Below are positions 56,518 to 64,000 of a stretch of DNA of 64,000 bases, in pieces (positions within the stretch are counted from its first letter, which is position 1; the number at the start of each line of letters is the position of its first letter). Made by a program: the position numbers and the translations under genes. Source of the DNA: a bacterium. Lineage in GTDB: Bacteria > Patescibacteriota > Minisyncoccia > Minisyncoccales > JAGGXC01. The notes beneath the pieces were generated by a model. That model was given only the letters and a program-made list of their open reading frames with translations. It was not told where the DNA came from and did no database searches. Location: the NCBI GenBank assembly GCA_021163265.1, contig JAGGXC010000023.1:6378-70377 (forward strand), read 5' to 3'.

Positions 56518-56847
56518 TTATTTTATCTTTTCTTTGTCAAAACTCTCCAGTTTTTTATAGAGGGAAGATTTCTTGGTAATAATCTTGTAAATATTCTCAA
56601 TAAAATCTCCTCCCGCATATCCTACAATAAATCCAAGCGCTGGCGTAAAAGAACCAAGAAATTCAAAACCCAATTCTTTTATTGCCCCTGCGCACAGAAC
56701 TCCAATCACTCCCGAGATAAACATCATTGTCAAAAAATAAGGAAGATCAAAACCCACATTTTTATAAGAAAATTGATGCTTCACAAAACCAACCAGTCCT
56801 CTTACCACTCCGCCCCCAAAACCAGCAATGAGAATTTGGAGATACAT
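56518..56847 (-). CDS. Small integral membrane protein.
   Basis: Three predicted transmembrane helices with Gly-rich segments. No family recognised. Confidence 0.4.
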   Translation of the reverse strand: MYLQILIAGFGGGVVRGLVGFVKHQFSYKNVGFDLPYFLTMMFISGVIGVLCAGAIKELGFEFLGSFTPALGFIVGYAGGDFIENIYKIITKKSSLYKKLESFDKEKIK

Positions 56848-56857
56848 AAGAATATAA

Positions 56858-57757
56858 TTAGTGAGACATTATCCTCACATATTTAATAGTATAATCAATA
56901 GGTATATGAATCTGGGGAACAAAATCAGGTAAGGGATAAATTTCTAGCATCCCTCCAGGGGGAACCCAAACAGTGGGAAGGAGAGTAAAAGAAAAACTTT
57001 TGCTTTCTCCTGCGTCAAGACTTATTGTTGTTTTACACCAGAAATTATCATCACCTGCCTCGCGATTACACTCGCTTTCTTTTTGGGCCGGTAACAAAGA
57101 AAACCCAGATTCTTTTCTTAAACCAAATTCAATATTATTTAAAGGAATCGTCCAATTGTTTATCACCTCTATCTTTACCTCAAACGGCTGATCAACCGTG
57201 ACCATTTCTGGAGCATCCATATCGATACTCACAGCGGGCTTTTCTTCAAAACATTTAGAAATCATCACATCATCAAGATAGTATACTGTCTGTTCAGATG
57301 CTTCTGGCAAGAGAGGATGCCAGGTTGTTTTTGCTATTTTTCCTGAGATAGCACCAAAGAAACACTCGCCAGTCTTGGAATCAACACACGCATCTATCAT
57401 ACCTACTTTGTTATATATCTTTGCTGGAACTTTTCCTTCCTCGCAGCTAAGACAGAAACCTCCAAAGGCACACCCCTCTTCTTTTTCTATAAATATTTTA
57501 TCTAGATTAATCTTTTTGCCTACTTTATTCTTTAAATCGCCCCACCCCTCCCAAGAAAGCTCTGGATCGTCTAGCGAATAAGAAACAACAGGTGGGGAAA
57601 CCGGTGTCGGACGAGGAACTATCAAATAAGCAATAATCCCTATAACTGCAACTACAATAACGATTACCACAAAAAGAACAATTTCTTTTAAAAAATGATT
57701 TGAGAATAAATTCTTTTGATTTTGATTGTTGTTCTCGTTTTGCTTTTCTGTTTCCAT
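56858..57757 (-). CDS. Hypothetical membrane-anchored, Cys-rich extracytoplasmic protein.
   Basis: An N/Q-rich N-terminus, one transmembrane helix (IVLFVVIVIVVAVIGIIAYLIV), a Pro-rich stalk and a Cys-containing domain. Confidence 0.4.
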   Translation of the reverse strand: METEKQNENNNQNQKNLFSNHFLKEIVLFVVIVIVVAVIGIIAYLIVPRPTPVSPPVVSYSLDDPELSWEGWGDLKNKVGKKINLDKIFIEKEEGCAFGGFCLSCEEGKVPAKIYNKVGMIDACVDSKTGECFFGAISGKIAKTTWHPLLPEASEQTVYYLDDVMISKCFEEKPAVSIDMDAPEMVTVDQPFEVKIEVINNWTIPLNNIEFGLRKESGFSLLPAQKESECNREAGDDNFWCKTTISLDAGESKSFSFTLLPTVWVPPGGMLEIYPLPDFVPQIHIPIDYTIKYVRIMSH

Positions 57758-57787
57758 GTTTTTTATTGTTAATTATTTTATTTTTGA

Positions 57788-58291
57788 TTATTTTATCTCA
57801 AAACGAGCCGAAGAATCATTTAAACACTCCCATCTATCCACAAATAAATGATAGTCATACACTGGACATTTTCCGTTTACCTGACCCGGCTCGCACTCTA
57901 TTTCTATTTTCTTTAAAACTCCTTCTACCTTAAGAATACCCTCACAAGAAATGTTTTCTTTTGAATGTAGCATCACCTGTTTTCCTTCTGTTAGATCAAG
58001 ATATTCAGAATAAGCGTATTCTTTATACTTATCTGCTAATTCAGGGGTAACTACATGTTCTCGTATCAAAGATGCAATACTTCCTTTAAGAGAAACTTTC
58101 TTGCCGTCACAAAGATTGAGCGAAGACCTACAAAATTCTTTTGAAGCAAGGACTACCTCTGTCTCACTACGTCCTTCTTTTTGCATAGCCAAAAATTCCA
58201 TCCAAGTTATATTTGCAACCAAAGAAGCAAGGCACAATATAATAAGAATAGCTAAAGGTGTAGATATTCCTTTATTTAAATAATTATACAT
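57788..58291 (-). CDS. Secreted or membrane-anchored protein carrying the conserved KYLNKGISTP leader (paralog family member 3).
   Basis: The N-terminus, MYNYLNKGISTPLAILIILCLASLVA, is shared with the two upstream paralogs, including at the nucleotide level. Confidence 0.5.
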   Translation of the reverse strand: MYNYLNKGISTPLAILIILCLASLVANITWMEFLAMQKEGRSETEVVLASKEFCRSSLNLCDGKKVSLKGSIASLIREHVVTPELADKYKEYAYSEYLDLTEGKQVMLHSKENISCEGILKVEGVLKKIEIECEPGQVNGKCPVYDYHLFVDRWECLNDSSARFEIK

Positions 58292-58320
58292 AGTTTTGTA
58301 AATATTAATTATTACTCCAT

Positions 58321-58350
58321 TTTACCAAAAAATCGCCAAAAAGGCGATTT
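58321..58350 (-). terminator. Rho-independent terminator between paralogs 2 and 3.
   Basis: On the minus strand, AAATCGCC, a 5-nt loop and GGCGATTT, followed by TTTTGG. It lies about 30 nt upstream of the ATG at 58291. Confidence 0.5.
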
Positions 58351-58474
58351 GAATAATCAACATTGTTAAAACATTACCTCATAGTAATTAACAAACTCAC
58401 TCCAAAAATTTAAAAGTAGAAAGGATCTGGCTAAAAAATCTTTCTTTACTATAGAAAAGAAAATTAGCTTAATT

Positions 58475-59761
58475 TCATCTTAGAAAACGGAATGTTTTTG
58501 CAACCTCGGTAAGTTCCTCAAAAGCGTCATACACATTGAAAGGGAATCCATACATTTCTGCTTCCTTGATTGCTTGTTCTCTTTTTACTGGCCAGTTAGT
58601 AAATCCATACCCAGCTACAATTATCTGAATACGATAACACATATTATCCCGCAGCGTACTAAATCGTCGCATAGAAAATCTGTTTCCCATACCAGCATCA
58701 CTAAACTCAGTTCTCATAAATCTGATCCCATTTATTATTTCTTCCTCACTTTCTCTTATCCTCGCCGAAGAAGATAAGCAATCACTTAAAGCTTTCGTAG
58801 AAGTCCCAATCTCAAATTCAATTAAAGCAGAAATCTCTTTGGTAGACCCAGGCATTTTTAACCGTTTTAAAATTTTAAAATCTTTTTCTTCCTGAGATTG
58901 ATAATATAAATAATAATCATGATATTTCGTGTCTGACTCAACTAAATACTTAGGGTATGTTACCTCAAATCCATATTTCTCGTCTTTATAGGTTTCTTCA
59001 TTAGCAATCTTTTCTGACTTTTCTGGCTTTCCTAAAAATCTAAAAGTGGAAAGCATTTTGTTAAAAATTTTTCTATTCTCTGCTTCCCACATTTTTCTCT
59101 CTTCCTCATTTCGGGGTGTGTCAATAATCTGATAGGATATCTCATAAAGTCGTAATCCTCTCGGTAAATAAACCACATCTGCCGGTCCCTCTCCTCCTGG
59201 AGGTAAACCAACAAATTGATTAAGTCTCACTCCCCGAACTCCATCAATAACGACATACTCACTCTTTCTATAACTTCTTTTGATCCTCTCAAGCGAAAAA
59301 GAAGATGGAATTTCACTAACACATACCGTAAAATTACTTAAAGCATTTAGCCCAAAATCTTCATCAGTACTAGTCCATTTATCGCTTTCATGATAAAAAG
59401 ATACTTCGATTAAACGATAAAGAGAGCCAACAGGAGAAAATTCTTCCGTGAAGGAATAGCGAATATCAACACTCTCCCTCATATCCGGATACTGTATCTC
59501 AAATCCATACTTTTCACTCCTTCCAATGCTCCAACCAGTTTCTTTATCTATTCCAACGACCTTAAAATCAGTAGTTTCGTCTTTCTTTTCCGAACGTTTT
59601 GTCTCTTTCTTTTCTGGAATTATAATCTCAGGCAATTCTATTCCTTGTTTCCACATCTTCCCATGCTCCCACCAAATAAATCCGCCTACAATGATAGCTA
59701 AAATAAGGATGATAGACAAAGCTACAGGTGTAGATATTCCTTTGTTGAGGTATTTGAGCAT
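58475..59761 (-). CDS. Secreted or membrane-anchored protein with the KYLNKGISTP leader and two YGFE(I/V)xYP repeat domains (paralog 2).
   Basis: N-terminus MLKYLNKGISTPVALSIILILAIIVGG. Internal repeats KYGFEIQYPD and KYGFEVTYPK. Confidence 0.55.
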   Translation of the reverse strand: MLKYLNKGISTPVALSIILILAIIVGGFIWWEHGKMWKQGIELPEIIIPEKKETKRSEKKDETTDFKVVGIDKETGWSIGRSEKYGFEIQYPDMRESVDIRYSFTEEFSPVGSLYRLIEVSFYHESDKWTSTDEDFGLNALSNFTVCVSEIPSSFSLERIKRSYRKSEYVVIDGVRGVRLNQFVGLPPGGEGPADVVYLPRGLRLYEISYQIIDTPRNEEERKMWEAENRKIFNKMLSTFRFLGKPEKSEKIANEETYKDEKYGFEVTYPKYLVESDTKYHDYYLYYQSQEEKDFKILKRLKMPGSTKEISALIEFEIGTSTKALSDCLSSSARIRESEEEIINGIRFMRTEFSDAGMGNRFSMRRFSTLRDNMCYRIQIIVAGYGFTNWPVKREQAIKEAEMYGFPFNVYDAFEELTEVAKTFRFLR

Positions 59762-59863
59762 AAATTTAACAATTGTATTATAACCCTTTATTGATTATCT
59801 TACTCTGTCAAAAAATGATTGCTCGACAATTGCATTTACCGCTTAGAGAATTTACACAAGATA

Positions 59864-61639
59864 CTAATTAGAAACCAACTCAAATCGACAACTCTTTTCA
59901 TTCCATTTTAATATCTTATAATCAGTTTCTGGACAGGGCTCGCCTGAATAATGTGCAATAGCAGGAACTTTTTTAACTATAACTTCGTTACCTGAGAAAG
60001 TCATTTTTAAACCATATGTAGGCCCAGAAGCTGCTTCAATATAAGGGAAAGATATCAAAGGAATATAGGAACTACTATTTTCTTCTAGAGAAATGCTGTC
60101 TACAAATTGAACTCTTTTGAATTCTCCTTTATCTACTTTTATTACTTGAAGAGAATCATCACAACATGACCCATTAGCGCATGGCCCCGAAATAGAGGCA
60201 ATATATTTTGTGCCATCGCTTTTGCAATTAAAAAATTTAAACGTTCCCCTATCGCCCCCTATATGGTAACTAGCAAGAGAGCCGGTTAGATCACTAAATC
60301 TCTTAAAGTTGATGGGAGGGGTAATTAAATCTTTGTTTTCATTAAACACTCCTAAATATGCATGATACAAACCTCCTACATGTGCAACCCCAGCAAGTTG
60401 AGCAATAAAGAGATATTCTCTAGCATAAGGAGTTGAAAAGGAACCTTTTATTACCTTATCGAGATAAAGAGTGGTGTACTCATCTTTTGAGGGAGACAGT
60501 ATCTCATTACCTTTTATGCCAGCTAACGAAGGAAATATTTGTTTTAACATTTTCTCTTTTTCTTGGATCGAAAGATCGCCAGCAATGGTGAAATAATTAT
60601 CACTAAAATCCTCAGCATAATATTCTCTTCCTTTAGTGCTCTCAATTAGAATAACATATCTAGAAGGAGGCAAATCGTCTGGAATAATCCATTCATATTT
60701 TCCTTCTTGAGCAGGAATATTACTCACAATCTTTCTTTCTGTTAGATAATCTCTCTCACTATTTGTCTCTTCTAACAAGATATTAACTTTTGATACTCCT
60801 CTCGATTTCCAAGATATAACACATTTATCTCCATTCTTATAATTCTCTCCTCCATTAGGAGATAAAACAGTAATATACCTTTCTTTATTAATAAACTTAA
60901 AAGTAGAAAGTATTTTGTCTACCAAAGAATCTAATTTTTGGTAGTCTGTTTCTCTTCCTTTCAAACATTCGGAATCTCCTCTCGGACAATTACTATATCC
61001 AATTGAGAAACTTAAAGATATATGTTTATTATCTTTACTTGTAACATACTCAAGTTCTTTCTCGCATGATCCCATACCACAACTTACTCCGCTAAGTTTA
61101 CAATAAATTGAGGTATTAATTACTACTTTTTCCTGGTAAACATTGGGGTGATTCCTAGCAAAACTAGGATCTACAAAATCCTCTGGTCTTGGTTGAGGAC
61201 CTGCAACAGGCCCCATATTAAGAGTTGAGCAATTGAAATCTGAACCAGCATCTTTTACTTTAATTTCAGGAGGCCAATCAGACTGACTAATATACTTCAA
61301 TTCAATTTCTTTAAGATCTTCTGGATACTTTATCTCAAACCCATATTCTTCATTCTTATAGGTTTTCCAGTTAGAGGTATCAATTTCTTCTGTTGAAGTA
61401 CTTTCTTGTGGTTGAGTAGAGGTAGCTTCTTTTTCTTCCTCAAGAACTATTGTCTTATCTGGAATCTTAACCTCTGGAAGGTTGGTTTCTTCCTTCTGTA
61501 TCTCTGAATACTGCCAGAAGGTAAAGATACCTACAATAATGGCAAGGATTAGAATAATAGATAGGGCTCGGGGTGTAGATATTCCTTTGTTGAGATATTT
61601 GAACATAAAAAATATTTTATTAATAAAATATTTTATCAA
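59864..61639 (-). CDS. Secreted or membrane-anchored protein with the KYLNKGISTP leader and a YGFEIKYP domain (paralog 1). The true start is likely the internal Met at 61606.
   Basis: The sequence from the second Met, MFKYLNKGISTPRALSIILILAIIVG, aligns with the N-termini of the other two paralogs. It also has EEYGFEIKYPED and a Cys-rich C-terminal half. Confidence 0.55.
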   Translation of the reverse strand: MIKYFINKIFFMFKYLNKGISTPRALSIILILAIIVGIFTFWQYSEIQKEETNLPEVKIPDKTIVLEEEKEATSTQPQESTSTEEIDTSNWKTYKNEEYGFEIKYPEDLKEIELKYISQSDWPPEIKVKDAGSDFNCSTLNMGPVAGPQPRPEDFVDPSFARNHPNVYQEKVVINTSIYCKLSGVSCGMGSCEKELEYVTSKDNKHISLSFSIGYSNCPRGDSECLKGRETDYQKLDSLVDKILSTFKFINKERYITVLSPNGGENYKNGDKCVISWKSRGVSKVNILLEETNSERDYLTERKIVSNIPAQEGKYEWIIPDDLPPSRYVILIESTKGREYYAEDFSDNYFTIAGDLSIQEKEKMLKQIFPSLAGIKGNEILSPSKDEYTTLYLDKVIKGSFSTPYAREYLFIAQLAGVAHVGGLYHAYLGVFNENKDLITPPINFKRFSDLTGSLASYHIGGDRGTFKFFNCKSDGTKYIASISGPCANGSCCDDSLQVIKVDKGEFKRVQFVDSISLEENSSSYIPLISFPYIEAASGPTYGLKMTFSGNEVIVKKVPAIAHYSGEPCPETDYKILKWNEKSCRFELVSN

Positions 61640-61791
61640 AATTATCTTGTGTTGACAGAAAATTTTGAGAAAAACTCTTGCTCTTAAAGAATTTTAGCAA
61701 ATTGAGAAGACACCAACAAACTACCTAGCAATTAACTCAAAACAGGTTTCCCTCCAAAAGTCATTCTTAATTTTGTTGCCCAGAACAGGGT

Positions 61792-62442
61792 TTATGCACG
61801 GTAATCCTTTCTGATTACCTTTCTTCTAAACAGAAGACAGAAAAGCATACCTGTTAAGAATCCTCCGATATGAGCCATATAAGCTACTGAGGTAGAAACA
61901 CCCATATACAACAATTGATAAAGAAACCAAACACCCACAAAGAAAAAGGCTGGAATATCATATACAAAAGCTCGGTAAAATAAAAATATTAATGTCTTTA
62001 TTTTATTGTAGGGATACAAAACAACATATGCACCAATTACTCCTGAGATAGCACCCGAAGCTCCCACCATTGGCATATACATATCTTTAGAAGAAGCCAT
62101 AAAAACATGAATCAAACTTGCGATTACTCCAACCAGAAGATAAAAAGCAAGAAATCTTAGTGGTCCGAAATTAAACTCTACGTTATCTCCAAAAATCCAT
62201 AAAAACCACATATTTCCTATCAAATGAAAAACTCCGGCATGTAAAAATAATGATGTTATTAAAGTAAAAAGTCTCTTGCCTTCTAAAATATTGTAAGGAA
62301 TTACCCCAAACGTAGAAAGTGTTCCTTCCGGAGAAATACTGAAAATTGTAAAGATAAACACAAAAACATTAATTCCGATAAGAGCGAAAACAATGTAAGG
62401 AGGACTTATTGATGGAGCAGATTCGTCGTAGAGAGGAAACAT
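61792..62442 (-). CDS. Rhomboid-family intramembrane serine protease.
   Basis: Six transmembrane helices. GASGAISGVIGAY is the catalytic GxSG motif and AHIGGFLTGMLF supplies the catalytic His in TM6. Confidence 0.8.
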   Translation of the reverse strand: MFPLYDESAPSISPPYIVFALIGINVFVFIFTIFSISPEGTLSTFGVIPYNILEGKRLFTLITSLFLHAGVFHLIGNMWFLWIFGDNVEFNFGPLRFLAFYLLVGVIASLIHVFMASSKDMYMPMVGASGAISGVIGAYVVLYPYNKIKTLIFLFYRAFVYDIPAFFFVGVWFLYQLLYMGVSTSVAYMAHIGGFLTGMLFCLLFRRKVIRKDYRA

Positions 62443-62456
62443 AAATTAACCAATTA

Positions 62457-63995
62457 CTAGAATTCCAACTCATTTACCTTTTCCCAGTCTATTTCGTTGA
62501 GGACGGTTATCTTGTTGTCGCCGATTATATACAAATAATCGTTGATATAAATTGCTCTTCTTGCTCTAATTCCACTCACTGCTTTTTGTAGTTTCAGTTC
62601 ATCGTTATTATAAGAGAACACATATCCTCCCTTAGAGCCCGGCATAAAGAATATCTTGTGTTTTTTGTCTAAAAGAAAGGCATGATGGGTATTTAAGATA
62701 TCCGACCAATATTCATCAAGAATATATTTATCTGCTTCAGAAGGATCGTCAGGAGAACTCACATCAAACAAAGATATTTTTACTTTTGAACCTTCTTTTC
62801 CTATACCAAGAACTCTCTCTTTTGTAATTGGATGAAGGTAAGAAGAAAAACCAGGAATCTTAAGTTCTCCTTTTAATTCTGGTTTTTGAGGATCAGATAA
62901 ATCAAGCACATAAAACGGATCTATCCGACGGAAAGTCACTACATATCCTTTATCCTCAACAAATCTGACCGAATAAATTCTTTCTCTCAAGCCAAGATCT
63001 TTAACTGAACCAACAATTTTTAAGTCTTTATCCAACACATATACATCATTTGCTGATTCTCTGCTACTAATACCAATTGATCCCATTCCAAAAAATCTTT
63101 CTCCTACAGTAATGGCTATTCTCAGATGATTTTGATATTCATCGAGAGAAAACTGATTGAGCGGTTTCCCGGGAACATCTCCAGAAGCATAAATCTCAAA
63201 ATCCTTCAATCCTATTTTTACTATTCCTGTTCTTTCTAAGTCTCTTTTGTGCTTTTTATAATAATCAGAAAGGCGATTGGTAAGTTCGTTTTCTATTCTT
63301 AGTCTTTCATCGTCACTCAGAGAACTAAAATATTTTTCAATAAGAACTTGAAACTCTGTCATCTTTGCTGCCTTACTTATATCGTATTCGGAAAGTTTGT
63401 TAAGTTTTGAAATAAACCAATCGGGAATTATATCCTGACACTCTTGATTAAAGAAATTAGCAAAAAATTCAATAAGGTCACCCCAGTAAGAATATGTGAC
63501 ATAAATCCCTTTAGTAGACATATAAACAACAGATGAATCAGAAGAGCCCACAAAGGAAATCTTTTTCTCAATTTTTCCAGAACGAGGATCAACAATCATA
63601 GCCGTGTAGGTAACATCAACAGGAACCGGCCTTATCGGATGATAGATATCAGTACACTTTACCTCTAAAGGAGCTCCTTCTATCACTAAAGGTTTGATTG
63701 GACAAGGTCGAAAAGTATTTATGGTTGTTTTTGTAACAAGATATAACTTTCCATTGTAAAGACGGGCACCGGTTATAAAGTTTCTCTTCTCGATTTCAAT
63801 TACCCATTTCTTTTCCGGTGATTTAGGATTAGAAACATCATATCCATAAATCTTATCTCCTGAGAAAATCATCAATATATTGTCTGATAAAAGCAAATTG
63901 CCTATTTTATCAATTTCTTCCTCGATCTTTAAATCTGTAGGAGGAAAAGCTTTTATTACTTTTGTTATACCTTTAATCCAGTAAGGTATCCTCAT
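62457..63995 (-). CDS. Beta-propeller-domain protein (PF09826-like). It is probably N-terminally incomplete and continues beyond the window.
   Basis: The C-terminal half (RFVEDKGYVVTFRRIDPFYVLDLSDPQKPELKGELKIPGFSSYLHP) matches the secreted beta-propeller family common in archaea and CPR. No signal peptide is visible at the annotated start, so the gene likely extends past 64000. Confidence 0.55.
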   Translation of the reverse strand: MRIPYWIKGITKVIKAFPPTDLKIEEEIDKIGNLLLSDNILMIFSGDKIYGYDVSNPKSPEKKWVIEIEKRNFITGARLYNGKLYLVTKTTINTFRPCPIKPLVIEGAPLEVKCTDIYHPIRPVPVDVTYTAMIVDPRSGKIEKKISFVGSSDSSVVYMSTKGIYVTYSYWGDLIEFFANFFNQECQDIIPDWFISKLNKLSEYDISKAAKMTEFQVLIEKYFSSLSDDERLRIENELTNRLSDYYKKHKRDLERTGIVKIGLKDFEIYASGDVPGKPLNQFSLDEYQNHLRIAITVGERFFGMGSIGISSRESANDVYVLDKDLKIVGSVKDLGLRERIYSVRFVEDKGYVVTFRRIDPFYVLDLSDPQKPELKGELKIPGFSSYLHPITKERVLGIGKEGSKVKISLFDVSSPDDPSEADKYILDEYWSDILNTHHAFLLDKKHKIFFMPGSKGGYVFSYNNDELKLQKAVSGIRARRAIYINDYLYIIGDNKITVLNEIDWEKVNELEF

Positions 63996-64000
63996 TTCTT

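Noticed and set aside
57788-61639. Reading the KYLNKGISTP leader as a type IV prepilin or pseudopilin signal.
   Set aside because: Prepilin leaders have G followed by F/M-T-L-x-E, with an invariant Glu at +5. Here the residues after KG are I-S-T-P-x-A, with no Glu.
1-64000. CRISPR arrays, rRNA or tRNA genes, and insertion sequences or integrases.
   Set aside because: I found no regularly spaced direct repeats with unique spacers. The only phased repeat is the 4 x 10 bp GTCAA array, which has no spacers. No transposase or integrase-like ORF is present, and no tRNA-like cloverleaf lies in any intergenic gap. The T4CP-like ATPase is not accompanied by other mobile-element genes, so I did not call a mobile element.

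Overview
This is an AT-rich 64 kb window in which every gene I can support lies on the minus strand. Genes are tightly packed, the kind of arrangement seen in small-genome bacteria. From the lamin-tail-domain proteins, a PF09826-type beta-propeller protein and the overall gene content I infer a CPR/Patescibacteria-like organism; the sequence cannot prove this. In descending coordinate order (the direction of transcription), the window contains the following.

- 64000-54006: a cluster of secreted or membrane proteins. It includes a beta-propeller protein, a rhomboid protease, three paralogs that share a conserved KYLNKGISTP N-terminal leader, a YbaB-like protein and a GT-A-like glycosyltransferase.
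- 53997-49738: a 1419-aa secreted protein with three lamin-tail domains, a PKD domain and a beta-helix region.
- 49690-48827: a protein that fuses a four-helix-bundle domain to a DeoR-like helix-turn-helix domain.
- 48777-36644: an ECF sigma factor and anti-sigma factor pair, followed by three large surface proteins of 1134, 588 and 1735 aa. All three share a coiled-coil plus peptidoglycan-binding-like module. The 588-aa protein carries an HEXXH gluzincin motif.
- 36495-36250: a small HTH_17 (excisionase-family) protein, preceded by four 10-bp-phased TTGACA repeats.
- 36197-12927: a glycan biosynthesis operon of about 23 kb.
  - Sugar activation and modification: a nucleotidyltransferase, an epimerase, a PglF-like dehydratase, a PglE-like aminotransferase, a UDP-sugar dehydrogenase, a NadE-like protein and a split transketolase.
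  - Glycan assembly and export: a PglC-like initiating transferase, GT2 glycosyltransferases, methyltransferases, a Wzx flippase and a Wzy_C/TPR ligase-like protein.
  - A sulfation module: fused ATP sulfurylase and APS kinase (PAPS synthesis), a CysQ-like PAP phosphatase and two sulfotransferase-like proteins.
- 12680-8415: murB, a strongly basic 31-aa open reading frame with a strong ribosome-binding site, hpf and secA.
- 8422-4989: a SpoIIM-like membrane protein, a DUF1614-like membrane protein, secD and secF.
- 4926-955: a three-gene cassette. It encodes a protein with a sigma-70 region-4-like helix-turn-helix domain, a membrane protein, and a soluble ATPase that resembles a VirD4/TraD-type coupling protein with a C-terminal zinc ribbon.
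- 955-1: a partial pgk.

I also noted several intrinsic terminators, two near-consensus sigma-70-like promoters and operator-like palindromes. I found no CRISPR array, no tRNA or rRNA gene, and no clear mobile-element genes.
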